Origin: Alphaproteobacteria bacterium 32-64-14
GTDB taxonomy: Bacteria > Pseudomonadota > Alphaproteobacteria > Caulobacterales > Hyphomonadaceae
Direction: 5' to 3'
Assembly (NCBI GenBank): GCA_002280725.1
Contig: NCEM01000008.1
Span: 28,053-92,052 of the forward strand
DNA length: 64,000 nt
Shown: piece after piece, positions 1-9,497 of the stretch
Position numbering within the stretch: position 1 is the stretch's first letter
Layout: every line of letters starts with the position of its first letter
The notes under the pieces: model-generated
What the model was told of the DNA's origin: nothing
Database searches by the model: none
What the model saw: only the letters and a program-made list of their open reading frames with translations
Position numbers and translations under genes: made by a program

Positions 1-3000
1 AGGAGCGGGGTGGCCGCGGCTCTTCATCAGCAACTCGTCCTCGGCTGTCGGCTTGGTCGCGAGGCGGCCAGCCAGCGGGCTGAGCCAGCGCTCGAACTGA
101 TCGACGAACGAGTAGACGACGGGAACGAGGATCAGCGACAGCACAGTCGACGAGATCAGGCCGCCGATCACCGCAATGGCCATGGGCTGGCGGAAGCCCG
201 CGCCCTCGCCGATGCCAAGCGCGGTGGGCAGCATGCCCGCCGACATGGCGACCGTCGTCATCACGATGGGACGCGCGCGTTCACGGCAGGCTTCGAACAG
301 CGCTTCGTACGTCGCCTTGCCGCGTTGCTGCGCCTCGATCGCGAACTCGACCAGCAGGATCGCGTTCTTGGCCGCGATGCCAAGCAGCAGCACGCAACCG
401 ATCATCACCGGCATGGAGATCTCCTTGCCCGTGATCACCAGAGCGAAGAACGCGCCGGAGAACGACAGCGGCAGGGACGACAGGATGACCATCGGCTTGA
501 AGACCGATTTGAACAGCAGCACCATCACCGAGTAGATCAGCGCGACGCCTGCCATCAGAGCGACGACGATGCCGCCGAACATCTGCATCTGGGCCTGTTC
601 GTTGCCCACGCGGGCGCGCATGACGACCGCCGTGCCGGCTTCTTCAGCGGCGAGGATGGCCTTCATGGTCTCGGTGCCGTCGATCGCCTCAGTGGCGTCG
701 CCAGACGTCTTGCCCGGCGCGAAGTCCGCCTGCACCGACGCCATGCGTTTGCGATAGAGACGCTGAATGTTGCCGGGGCCGGCTTCGTAGGAGAGGTCAG
801 CCACAGCGGCCAGCGTCGTGAACCCGCCATTCAGCGTCGGCACGCGCAGCTGTCCAAGTTCCGCGATGTCCGTCCGGATCGAGTCCGGCAGGCGCACGCG
901 GATTGGCAGGCGGCGCTCGCCTTCCGAGAATTTCGGCGTGTTGGCCTCGATATCACCGGAGGTGGCGATACGCGCGACCTGCGCGATAGCATCGGTCGAC
1001 ACGTTGAGGCGCGCGGCCTCTTGCGTGCGCGGCCGGATAATCAGCTCGGGTCCTGGAGGCTCCGGCGACAGGCGCGGATTCTGGATCGCGTCGAGATCCT
1101 TCATCTCGTTCAGCAGCGCCAACTGCGCCTTGTCGAGCGCGGCCGCGTCTTCGCTTGTGAGCAAGATGTTGACGTCCGAACCGCCCGGTCCGCCGCCTGT
1201 CATCAGGGCAGTCACGCGGATATCCGGAATCTGTTTCAGCAGGGGACGGATGTGCTGCTTGAGCTCCTCGGTCGACATCTCGTGATGGTCGGCCATCACG
1301 ACAGTAGCCGACCCGGACGTGAGACCCGAGCCGCCACCGCCGCCGCCAGCCGCGGCCGCCTGGCCGCCTGCCCCGCCGGTGCCGATCGAGATGAAGACGT
1401 CCTTCACATCGGGCTGGGCCATCAGCAGGGTGTTGAGGTCAGCCGCCGAACGCTCCATCTGCTCGCGGGTCGAGCCCGGCGGCGCAGAGATGTTGAACAT
1501 GATGTAGCCGGGGTCTTCCGTCGGGATGAACCCTTTCGGCAGGATGGCCACGAAGAAGATGGTCGCGAAAAACGACAGGCCGCCGATCAGCGAGGCCAGG
1601 ATGCGGTGGCGCAGCGACCAGGCGAGCGAAACTTCATAGAAGCCCGGCAGCTTGCGCACATCACGGCCATGATGCTTCGCGGCCGTTGGCTTGAGGAAGT
1701 AAGCTGCCATGAGGGGCGAGACGAAGCGCGCAACCAGCAGCGAGAAGATGACAGCCACGGCGACCGTGATGCCGAACTCGATGAAGAACTGGCCGGGCAT
1801 CCCGCCCATGAACGATGTCGGCAGGAACACGACGACGATCGACGCGGTCGTCGCCAGAACAGCGAGGCCGATGGCGTCGGCGCCCTCCATTGCGGCGCGG
1901 AAGGGCGTATAGCCCGCAAGCGTTCGCTTCTGGATGTTCTCGATCTCCACAATCGCGTCGTCGACAAGGATGCCGATAACGAGCGTGAGGGCGAGCAGCG
2001 TAACGACGTTCAGCGAGAAGCCGAACAGCGAGATCACGAAGAAGGTCGGTATCAGCGACAGCGGCATGGCAAGCGCCGCGATAACGGTCGCACGCCAGTC
2101 GCGCAGGAACAGGAACACGACGAGCGCCGCGAGGATCATGCCCTCGACCAGCACGGCTTCGGTCGCGTGGAAGTTGGCCTTGGTGTCGTCGGTCATCGAG
2201 AAGATCTTGGTGATCTTCAGGCCGGGATTTGCGGCCTCGAGGCGCGCAATGGACGCCAGAACGCCGGTCTCGACCTCAACCTCGGATGCGGCATCGACCT
2301 TGACGACGTTGAAGCCCGCCACCGGACGGCCGTTAAGCCGCGCGAAGGAGCGGATTTCGGCCGACCCATCGCCCACTTCAGCGATGTCAGCCAGCTTCAC
2401 GTAGGAGGAGCCGCCGCGCAGCGGAATGGTGAGGTTGCGCAGTTCATCGACGGTCAGCGTTTCGCCAAGCGTGCGGATCGTCGTTTCCGATCCGCCCACG
2501 GCCGCGCGGCCGCCGCCATAGTTGCGGTAGTTGCGCTGCAGGGCTGCGTTCACATCGGCCGCGATGACGCCCACGGCGTTCATGCGCACGGGATCGAGCA
2601 CCACGTTGATCTCGCGGTTGACGCCTCCGACGCGGGAAATCTGGCCGACGCCCTTCACGGACTGCATGTCGCGCGCGATGCGGTCGTCGATGAACCAGGA
2701 GAGATCGGTCGCCGACAGTTCCGGGTGCGAGACCGCGAACGTCATCAGCGAGCCGCCCGTAAAATCGAGCGCGCTGATGATCGGCGGCTGGATCGACTGC
2801 GGCAGTTCTGTGCGGATCTGGTTGACCCGCGCCTCGACGTCGTCCTTGGCCTTCTGCAGGTCGATGCCGATCTCGAACTGGATGATCGTCGTCGAAACGC
2901 CCAGCGTTACGCTGGACTGCAGGGTCTCGATGTTCGGCAGGCTGGCGATCGAGTTTTCGACCAGGCGCGTTACCTGGTTTTCAAGCTCGGTCGGGGCAGC

Positions 3001-3165
3001 GCCCTCCTGGATGACGGTCGCGACCACCATCGGGAAGGAGATGTTCGGGAACTGCTTCACCGGCAGGCGCGAATAGGAGAACATGCCGGCGACGATCAGC
3101 AAGGTAAAGGCGACCACAACCGGTATCGGGTTGCGGATCGCCCAGCTTGAAATTGGCAGGTTCAT
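1..3165 (-). CDS. RND (AcrB/HAE1-type) efflux permease; 3' end lies outside the window
   Basis: Absent from the ORF track because no stop codon is reached. Reverse-complement translation from ATG at 3165 gives MNLPISSWAIRNPIPVVVAFTLLIVAGMFSYSRLPVKQFPNISFPMVVATVIQEGAAPTELENQVTRLVENSIASLPNIE..., a canonical RND pump N-terminus. The listed 10..3150 (+) ORF is its antisense shadow. The start abuts the stop of the adaptor gene at 3167. Confidence 0.9.
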   Translation of the reverse strand, partial: MNLPISSWAIRNPIPVVVAFTLLIVAGMFSYSRLPVKQFPNISFPMVVATVIQEGAAPTELENQVTRLVENSIASLPNIETLQSSVTLGVSTTIIQFEIGIDLQKAKDDVEARVNQIRTELPQSIQPPIISALDFTGGSLMTFAVSHPELSATDLSWFIDDRIARDMQSVKGVGQISRVGGVNREINVVLDPVRMNAVGVIAADVNAALQRNYRNYGGGRAAVGGSETTIRTLGETLTVDELRNLTIPLRGGSSYVKLADIAEVGDGSAEIRSFARLNGRPVAGFNVVKVDAASEVEVETGVLASIARLEAANPGLKITKIFSMTDDTKANFHATEAVLVEGMILAALVVFLFLRDWRATVIAALAMPLSLIPTFFVISLFGFSLNVVTLLALTLVIGILVDDAIVEIENIQKRTLAGYTPFRAAMEGADAIGLAVLATTASIVVVFLPTSFMGGMPGQFFIEFGITVAVAVIFSLLVARFVSPLMAAYFLKPTAAKHHGRDVRKLPGFYEVSLAWSLRHRILASLIGGLSFFATIFFVAILPKGFIPTEDPGYIMFNISAPPGSTREQMERSAADLNTLLMAQPDVKDVFISIGTGGAGGQAAAAGGGGGGSGLTSGSATVVMADHHEMSTEELKQHIRPLLKQIPDIRVTALMTGGGPGGSDVNILLTSEDAAALDKAQLALLNEMKDLDAIQNPRLSPEPPGPELIIRPRTQEAARLNVSTDAIAQVARIATSGDIEANTPKFSEGERRLPIRVRLPDSIRTDIAELGQLRVPTLNGGFTTLAAVADLSYEAGPGNIQRLYRKRMASVQADFAPGKTSGDATEAIDGTETMKAILAAEEAGTAVVMRARVGNEQAQMQMFGGIVVALMAGVALIYSVMVLLFKSVFKPMVILSSLPLSFSGAFFALVITGKEISMPVMIGCVLLLGIAAKNAILLVEFAIEAQQRGKATYEALFEACRERARPIVMTTVAMSAGMLPTALGIGEGAGFRQPMAIAVIGGLISSTVLSLILVPVVYSFVDQFERWLSPLAGRLATKPTAEDELLMKSRGHPAP

Positions 3166-3166
3166 G

Positions 3167-4318
3167 TCACTGGCCTCCCGGCGTGGCGGCAGGTTGCGCC
3201 GCTGCGCCGTCGATTGGCTTGATCACATCGCCATCGAGCGTGAAGGCCGATCCCGTGGCGAGCACGCGCGCGCCGGCTGCTGGACCTTCGACAAGCTCAA
3301 CGAAATCGCCAGCGCGCTGGCCGAGCTTCACGGGCGTCTGCTTGACCATGTTCTTGTCGTCCACAACCATCACCGACGCGCCGCCCGACTCATAGCGGAT
3401 CGCGCTGGCCGGAACCGACAGCACGCCAGCCGACGCGGCGTTGAAGCGCGCTTCAGCAAAGCTGCCCGGACGCAGGTTGGCGTCGAACGGCAGGGCTACG
3501 CGGGCGCGGCCAAGGTTGGTGTTGCTGTCGACGCGCGGCGAGATGAAGCGAACCTTGCCGGTGATCGTCTCGCCAGTGCCAAGCGTCACGCTGACGGTAT
3601 CGCCGATCTTCACGTGCGCGAGCGCGGTATCCGGCATCTCGGCGTCGAGTTCGATCAGGCCATCACGCGCGATGCGGAAGTAGGGCGTGGCGCTGCCGCC
3701 CGAAATGTCGCCCGGCCGCAGGGCCCGCTGCAGCACGGCGCCGGCAACCGGCGCGCGCAGCGTCATGCGCGACTGGCGCACCTTCATCTCGTTCACATTG
3801 GCCTGCGAGGCCAGCAGCGACGCTTCCGAACTGGCGGCTTCCATGCGGCTCTGGTCCAGCGCGGCCTGCGAGACGGCGCCCTCCTTCGCGAGCGACTCGG
3901 CGCGATCGAGCTGGCTGCGGCGGAACGTGACGGTGGCTTTCTGCGTGGCCAGCGTGGCTTCGGCCTGGGCGATCTGCGCCTGCAGCAGCGTATCGTCGAG
4001 CTGCGCCAGGGCTTGCCCCTGCTTCACCCAGTCGCCTTCATCGACGTACACGCGCGACACGCGATAGCCGGCGAGTTCGGAGCCGACAGCCGCTTCCTCG
4101 CGCACCACGAGACGGCCGGTCGCCCGGACTTCGTCGGACAGGTCGCGCAGTTCGACATGCGTGATCCGCATCGACTGGGCGTCCGCCGTATCGGTCTTTT
4201 CGGCGGCCGCAGCCTCCTCGGCCGGGGCGGGCTTGCCGCCGCAGGCGTGCAGCGTCAGGGCCATCATGCCAGCGCCGGCGATCGCGGCGGCCGACGTCAG
4301 GTTACGGCGCATTGTCAT
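3167..4318 (-). CDS. RND efflux periplasmic adaptor (HlyD/AcrA family) lipoprotein
   Basis: ORF 3167..4606. The best start is ATG 4318 (MTMRRNLTSAAAIAGAGMMALTLHAC, a lipoprotein signal plus lipobox, with AAGGA 9 nt upstream). Coiled-coil hairpin and barrel pattern typical of membrane fusion proteins. Lies immediately upstream of the RND pump. Confidence 0.85.
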   Translation of the reverse strand: MTMRRNLTSAAAIAGAGMMALTLHACGGKPAPAEEAAAAEKTDTADAQSMRITHVELRDLSDEVRATGRLVVREEAAVGSELAGYRVSRVYVDEGDWVKQGQALAQLDDTLLQAQIAQAEATLATQKATVTFRRSQLDRAESLAKEGAVSQAALDQSRMEAASSEASLLASQANVNEMKVRQSRMTLRAPVAGAVLQRALRPGDISGGSATPYFRIARDGLIELDAEMPDTALAHVKIGDTVSVTLGTGETITGKVRFISPRVDSNTNLGRARVALPFDANLRPGSFAEARFNAASAGVLSVPASAIRYESGGASVMVVDDKNMVKQTPVKLGQRAGDFVELVEGPAAGARVLATGSAFTLDGDVIKPIDGAAAQPAATPGGQ

Positions 4319-4650
4319 TGTCTTCTGTCCTTGCGCGTTCAGTGAGGAGGTCTTGGTGTCTATCGCGGAAGCTTGGCCTGCTGCCCCGCCCCCCGCCCTG
4401 AGGACGGACGAGGACCGGAGAAACCGACGCATCTTCTCTGGAATTGTATCTGTAGCATTGGATTTGCGGGCTGGATGTGACGAAGCTCCGGCTGCCCCGA
4501 GAGGGGCGCCAGCCAGATTTCGTGGCGCAACCTCGCCTTCGCCCATGTCCATGGACGTGACGTCGTTGCCGGCCGGGGTCTCTACGGGGAGGTCCATCGC
4601 GCCCAACTCGGAAACTCTAGCGTTTCCCTATCCTATTCTGTTATAGACTG

Positions 4651-4685
4651 CAAACGTGGTGTTCGCGTTAAGTCGATCACGTTTG
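4651..4685. promoter_or_regulatory. Inverted repeat CAAACGTG-N19-CACGTTTG; candidate TetR operator
   Basis: Perfect 8-bp inverted arms at 4651-4658 and 4678-4685, 18 nt upstream of the tetR-family start and inside the divergent efflux/regulator intergenic region. Confidence 0.3.
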
Positions 4686-4702
4686 GTAATTTCGGAGCCA
4701 TA

Positions 4703-5308
4703 ATGCAGGCCCTCGAGGAAGCAGCCCCAGCGGACTCTCCCCGCGAGAGAATTCTGTCGGCCGCACGCAAGATTTTTCTCGATGGACCGCCTGAGCAGGC
4801 GACCATGGACGCCGTGGCCCACCAGGCCGGGATGTCCAAGAAAACCATCTACCGCGAGTTCAAGAGCCAGGTGGAGCTTCTGGGCGCCCTGCTGTTCGAG
4901 AACGTAGCCGACATGGGCGCATTCCCCCCGCCCAAGCAGGGGGATGACATCGAGCTCGAACTGTTCGGCGTGCTGGCCCGCATGGTCACGCACTTTACCT
5001 CACCCCGCTCGATGGCGTTGGCGCGGCTGATCATATCGGAAGTGCGCCGTTATCCCGAACTGATGAACGCATCGAAGCCGCGCGGCTTCCCGCGCGAGAT
5101 GCTGGCCAACTGGCTCAGTTCCCCGGTGGTCCGCGCCAAGTACATGATCGAGGACGCAGACGACGCTGCCGCCATGCTGTTCGGAATGGTGATGCAGGAT
5201 TCCGGCTTCAAGCTCATCGTGGTCAACAACGCGACCATGCCGCAACACCAGATCGAGGACCGCGCCCGGCGCGCCGTGAAGATCTTCCTGCGCGGCGTGC
5301 AACGCTAG
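4703..5308 (+). CDS. TetR/AcrR family transcriptional regulator
   Basis: N-terminal HTH RERILSAARKIFLDGPPEQATMDAVAHQAGMSKKTIYREFKSQVELL. GGAG lies upstream of ATG 4703. Divergent from the RND operon. Confidence 0.85.
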   Translation: MQALEEAAPADSPRERILSAARKIFLDGPPEQATMDAVAHQAGMSKKTIYREFKSQVELLGALLFENVADMGAFPPPKQGDDIELELFGVLARMVTHFTSPRSMALARLIISEVRRYPELMNASKPRGFPREMLANWLSSPVVRAKYMIEDADDAAAMLFGMVMQDSGFKLIVVNNATMPQHQIEDRARRAVKIFLRGVQR

Positions 5309-5337
5309 GATCTCGCCTAGCATCCAAACAAACAGTA

Positions 5338-5366
5338 AAGGGCCGGTCCATCAGGATCGGCCCTTT
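5338..5366. terminator. Hairpin between convergent genes (AAAGGGCCG-loop-CGGCCCTTT)
   Basis: 9-bp perfect stem (5338-5346 / 5358-5366) with A- and T-rich flanks on either side, located between the tetR-family stop and the stop of the 5398..6576 gene. Confidence 0.5.
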
Positions 5367-5397
5367 GCCTATGTGCAAGGCGCGCTGGCCTGATGGC

Positions 5398-6576
5398 TTA
5401 CTCGCCTTCTTCGTCCAGCGCCGTGTCGAGACCGCGATTCATGCCCGCGAGAATGCCCGGAAGCGCGTGGTTTCCTTCATGGCAGGCGTACTCGTAGATC
5501 TGCTCCGACGAGCGGCGCATCGGCATCTGGCCGGTCCAGGTCTGCGTGTAGCTCACGGGATCGATCACCTCGAAGGTGTAGTCGATCTCTGCATCCGACA
5601 CGCGCCGGAAACGCTCGATGACCTTGCCGTCCTTGGACAGTGGAATGCGTCCGCGCGCCTGAAGCTCGTGCGGATTGCGCGTTTCGACGACCAGCGCGTC
5701 GCCTTCCCACCAGCCGATGGAATCGCCGAACCACTGCTCGATGTTGTCAGGCAGCGGCGTGATCGACGCACCCGGCTGCTTGATGCGCACGATGCGAGCG
5801 TCATGGTTCATCTCGATCTCAAGCAGGATGTGATCGCGCGTCTGCACAATGCGGATGTGGTTGTTGTACATCGCATTGGTCAGCGGCGGACCGCCCTGGT
5901 TGGCGAACGACACGAGGCAGCGGTCGCCCAGTGTGCGGATTTCCGGGCCTGTATTGTTGATCGCCGTCGCCGACGCCATGCGCGAGCCCGCAGCCGCGTT
6001 GCCACTGCGGTTATACGGAATCTGGCCATTGGCAGGCGATGTGATCCACGACGAACGCCACTCGCCATTCACCTTCGCGAACTCCGAACCCGGATCGATC
6101 CAGAAGGCGTTGTAGCCCGCATCCGCATTGCGGTCGGTGAACACGCCTGCCTCGGGATCGGTGCGGCGCTGTGAGTCGCGGAACGATGCGGTGTAGCCCG
6201 CGCGGTTGGTCGCGTCTGCGATCTTGTCGTTCGGGATCACCAGCGTGTCGATGCCGATGTTGGCGTTGCGGCCCGTCGCGCGCGTGAGCGTCGTTAGCGA
6301 TGCGGTGGACCACACGCCTTGGAGGTCAGCCTTGCCATCGGACGTGCGCGGCGCCTTGTAGGCGGGATCCCACGGTCCGAGGTCGCGGAAATACGGCACG
6401 GCGCTGACATACGCCTTGTCGCCCGCGATGGTCGTTGGTCCGTCGACGGGGGCATCGGTCTCGTCCGCAAAGCCGACGCCAGAGGTTGCGCCCTGCCGCT
6501 GTGCATGGGCGGGCTGCATCGTCATCAGCATGGCGCCGATGGCCGCAGCCGAAGTGGCCAGTATCCGTCGATTCAT
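5398..6576 (-). CDS. Exported protein of unknown function
   Basis: 392-aa ORF with a signal peptide (MNRRILATSAAAIGAMLMTMQPAHA-Q) and a GGAGAGGGAG RBS. GC3-rich codon usage. I recognise no family. Confidence 0.7.
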   Translation of the reverse strand: MNRRILATSAAAIGAMLMTMQPAHAQRQGATSGVGFADETDAPVDGPTTIAGDKAYVSAVPYFRDLGPWDPAYKAPRTSDGKADLQGVWSTASLTTLTRATGRNANIGIDTLVIPNDKIADATNRAGYTASFRDSQRRTDPEAGVFTDRNADAGYNAFWIDPGSEFAKVNGEWRSSWITSPANGQIPYNRSGNAAAGSRMASATAINNTGPEIRTLGDRCLVSFANQGGPPLTNAMYNNHIRIVQTRDHILLEIEMNHDARIVRIKQPGASITPLPDNIEQWFGDSIGWWEGDALVVETRNPHELQARGRIPLSKDGKVIERFRRVSDAEIDYTFEVIDPVSYTQTWTGQMPMRRSSEQIYEYACHEGNHALPGILAGMNRGLDTALDEEGE

Positions 6577-6704
6577 GTCCTCGCTCCCTCTCCTGCGCTG
6601 CGGGGACTTGCATGGCCCTCCGCTGTTTGCGCAGCGTCAACCTAAAGGCGCTCGCTGTCGAGCGCGACGCCAGCGTCAACGCGGCCACTTCCGCGTGAAC
6701 ACAG

Positions 6705-7091
6705 TCAGCCGTGACTGAACGGGGACAGCAGCATCCACACGCCTTCGCGCGCCGCCGGGCGGCGTTCCACCAGCAACCGGGCGACCTGGCTGTCATCGTG
6801 GAAGGCCGCGCCGACCGCGCTGTCGAGCATCGCCTTCGCGAGGTTGTCGAGATCCATGTGCGGCGGATCGCCGGTGAACTCCATCGCGATGTGCGCCGAC
6901 CAGTCGCCCCAGCGCGGCCGTACCGGAAACCGTAACCGGAAGAACTCCTTGAGCAGCGGCTTGTAGTATTTGGCCTGTGTCGTGAGCCCCTCGACCTGCA
7001 ATTCCAGCGTACCGTTCTTCTCAACACGGGCCTGCACCTTGCCATGCCGCGTCCAGGGGGTCTGCGAGGGCTCTGTTAGCGTGTCGTCCAA
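6705..7091 (-). CDS. RusA-family Holliday junction resolvase-like protein
   Basis: The C-terminal half carries the RusA catalytic pattern DLDNLAKAMLDSAVGAAFHDDSQVARLLVER (compare E. coli RusA [26 protein letters not shown]). TTG start at 7091 with GAGGG 5 nt upstream; the exact start is uncertain. Confidence 0.6.
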   Translation of the reverse strand: MDDTLTEPSQTPWTRHGKVQARVEKNGTLELQVEGLTTQAKYYKPLLKEFFRLRFPVRPRWGDWSAHIAMEFTGDPPHMDLDNLAKAMLDSAVGAAFHDDSQVARLLVERRPAAREGVWMLLSPFSHG

Positions 7092-7154
7092 GGCGCCCTC
7101 GTGGACAGGGGGAAATGGCCCGTATAGGGCAAGGCAGCTGACTGGATACCAAGC

Positions 7155-7895
7155 ATGCTCAACCCCCGCCTAGACCTTGCTGCTCTCAGCGCCGAATTCG
7201 CCAAGGATGGCCGGATTCGCATCCGCGACGTGCTCGACCCCGCTGTGGCCGCGGCGATTGCAGCCGAAATGGCGGGGCTGCCCTGGAAGGTGTTCTGCGC
7301 CACGGGCTCTGGCGTCGCCGTCATCGACCCGGCGGAAATGGCCGGCTGGGACCGGGCCCGGCAAACCGAGCTCAGCCGCTCCCTGCTGCAGGCCGCCAAC
7401 CGCGCCGAGGGGTTCGCCTATTTCGGCTACCGCATGACCGAGGCCTGGAAGGATGGCGCGCCGGACACCGCGCTCGGCCGCTTCTACCGGGGCCTGACCT
7501 CGCCCGAGACAATGGCCGCGATCCGCACGATCACCGGCTCGAACGCCTTCGACGGCGCTTTCGCACAGGCGACCGACTACCGCCCCGGCCATTATCTCAC
7601 CCGCCACCTCGACGATCCGAAGGGCGAGCATCGCAAGTTCGCCTTCGTCTGGGGCTTCACCCGGACATGGGACCCGGACTGGGGCGGCCTGCTCCAGTTC
7701 TTCGACGCCGACGCCCAGCCGACGCAATCGGTCTCGCCCGGTTTCAACACGCTCGACCTGTTCGACGTGCGGCACGTGCATTCGGTGACGCTGGTTGCGC
7801 CCTACGCAGGAAATCCGCGTCAGGCGGTTTCGGGTTGGTACGTTTCCGGCGACCCACTGCATCCAATGGGATATACGCACACCAAAGGCGGATGA
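7155..7895 (+). CDS. 2OG-Fe(II) oxygenase superfamily protein (prolyl-hydroxylase-like)
   Basis: 246 aa with an HxD...H arrangement (YLTRHLDD ... VRHVHSVTLV) and the double-stranded beta-helix region pattern GGLLQFFD. Confidence 0.6.
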   Translation: MLNPRLDLAALSAEFAKDGRIRIRDVLDPAVAAAIAAEMAGLPWKVFCATGSGVAVIDPAEMAGWDRARQTELSRSLLQAANRAEGFAYFGYRMTEAWKDGAPDTALGRFYRGLTSPETMAAIRTITGSNAFDGAFAQATDYRPGHYLTRHLDDPKGEHRKFAFVWGFTRTWDPDWGGLLQFFDADAQPTQSVSPGFNTLDLFDVRHVHSVTLVAPYAGNPRQAVSGWYVSGDPLHPMGYTHTKGG

Positions 7896-7979
7896 TCGCC
7901 GCGCCGCTTTGACGGCTTGAACCCAAGGCCCGGCAGGTCTAGTCCCAGCGCACGATTTCCACCGCCGGGGAGCTGACTT

Positions 7980-9374
7980 ATGGCCGGAAACAACCGCACC
8001 GAAACCGACACCTTTGGCCCAATCGAGGTCGCGCAGGACCGGTATTGGGGCGCACAGGCGCAGCGCTCGCTCGGCAACTTCAAGATCGGCTGGGAAAAGC
8101 AGCCCGCCCCCATCGTCCGCGCCCTGGGTATCGTGAAGCGCGCCGCCGCCGAAGCGAACATGGAGCTTGAAAAGCTCGACCCCAAGATCGGCAAGACCAT
8201 CGTCAAGGCTGCGCAGGAAGTCATCGACGGCAAGCTGCACGATCACTTCCCGCTCGTCGTGTGGCAGACAGGCTCGGGCACGCAGTCCAACATGAACGCC
8301 AACGAGGTGATCTCGAACCGCGCCATCGAGATGCTGGGCGGCATGATGGGTTCAAAGAAGCCGGTCCACCCGAATGACCACGTCAATATGAGCCAGTCGT
8401 CGAACGACACGTTCCCAACCGCGATGCACATCGCCTGCGCCGAACAGATCTCGACCGACTTGCTCCCAGCCCTCGAGCATCTCCACGCCGCGCTCAAGCA
8501 GAAGTCGGCTGACTGGAAGAAGATCATCAAGATCGGCCGCACGCACACGCAGGATGCAACGCCGCTCACCCTCGGCCAGGAATTCGGCGGCTATGCCAAG
8601 CAGATCGAGAACGGCATCGCGCGCATCAAGTCGACCCTGCCCTCGCTGATGGAACTGGCGCAGGGCGGCACCGCCGTCGGCACCGGCCTCAACGCGCCGA
8701 AGGGCTTCGACAAGCTGGTCGCCGCGAAGATCGCCGAAATCACCGGCCTCGCCTTCAAGACGGCCCCGAACAAGTTCGAGGCGCTGGCTGCGCACGATGC
8801 GATGGTCATGTCCCACGGCGCGATCACAACTGTCGCCGCCTCCTGCTTCAAGATTGCCAACGACATCCGCTTCCTCGGGTCGGGTCCGCGCGCGGGTCTG
8901 GGCGAACTCGCCCTGCCGGAAAACGAGCCGGGCTCGTCGATCATGCCGGGCAAGGTCAACCCGACGCAGTGCGAGGCGCTGACGCAAGTCTGCGCCCACA
9001 TCATGGGCAACAACGCCGCCATCAGTTTCGCCGGATCGCAGGGCCATTTCGAGCTCAACGTCTTCAACCCGATGATGGCCTACAACTTCCTGCAGTCCGT
9101 TCGCCTGCTGGCCGACGCTGCGATCTCCTTCACCGACAACTGCGTCGTCGGCATCGAGCCGCGCATCGACAACATCGCAAAGGGCGTCGAGAACTCGCTG
9201 ATGCTGGTCACCGCGCTCAACGGACGCCTCGGCTATGACGCCTGCGCCAAGATCGCCAAGACTGCCCACAAGAACGGCACCACGCTCCGCGAAGAAGCCG
9301 TCGGCGGCGGCTACCTGACCGATGCTGAGTTCACGAAACTCGTTCGTCCCGAAAAGATGATCGGTCCGAAGTAG
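7980..9374 (+). CDS. fumC: Class II fumarate hydratase
   Basis: 464 aa with the fumarate lyase signature [16 protein letters not shown] and the N-terminus [34 protein letters not shown]. Confidence 0.95.
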   Translation: MAGNNRTETDTFGPIEVAQDRYWGAQAQRSLGNFKIGWEKQPAPIVRALGIVKRAAAEANMELEKLDPKIGKTIVKAAQEVIDGKLHDHFPLVVWQTGSGTQSNMNANEVISNRAIEMLGGMMGSKKPVHPNDHVNMSQSSNDTFPTAMHIACAEQISTDLLPALEHLHAALKQKSADWKKIIKIGRTHTQDATPLTLGQEFGGYAKQIENGIARIKSTLPSLMELAQGGTAVGTGLNAPKGFDKLVAAKIAEITGLAFKTAPNKFEALAAHDAMVMSHGAITTVAASCFKIANDIRFLGSGPRAGLGELALPENEPGSSIMPGKVNPTQCEALTQVCAHIMGNNAAISFAGSQGHFELNVFNPMMAYNFLQSVRLLADAAISFTDNCVVGIEPRIDNIAKGVENSLMLVTALNGRLGYDACAKIAKTAHKNGTTLREEAVGGGYLTDAEFTKLVRPEKMIGPK

Positions 9375-9377
9375 TTC

Positions 9378-9400
9378 GAAAGCGCCATTACGCTTTTTCG
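9378..9400 (+). terminator. Short hairpin plus T-run after fumC
   Basis: GAAAGCG-ccatta-CGCTTTTTC lies 4 nt after the fumC stop. The stem is short. Confidence 0.35.
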
Positions 9401-9497
9401 GTCCTACCTGACGCGCTGACACGGATCTCCAGGCCACTACCCGGAGATTTCGTTACGACAGTCGTGACACGGCTGCAGGGGATGGCTAACTACGGCC

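Noticed and set aside
10-3150. 1046-aa ORF on the plus strand, the longest ORF in the track.
   Set aside because: It is antisense to an unmistakable RND pump gene. Its product is Arg/His/Asp/Gly-rich with no membrane or domain features. This is a typical shadow ORF of a GC-rich gene.
4319-4606. N-terminal 96-codon extension of the adaptor ORF (start at 4606).
   Set aside because: The internal start at 4318 gives a textbook lipoprotein signal with an RBS. The extension has no hydrophobic or family features.
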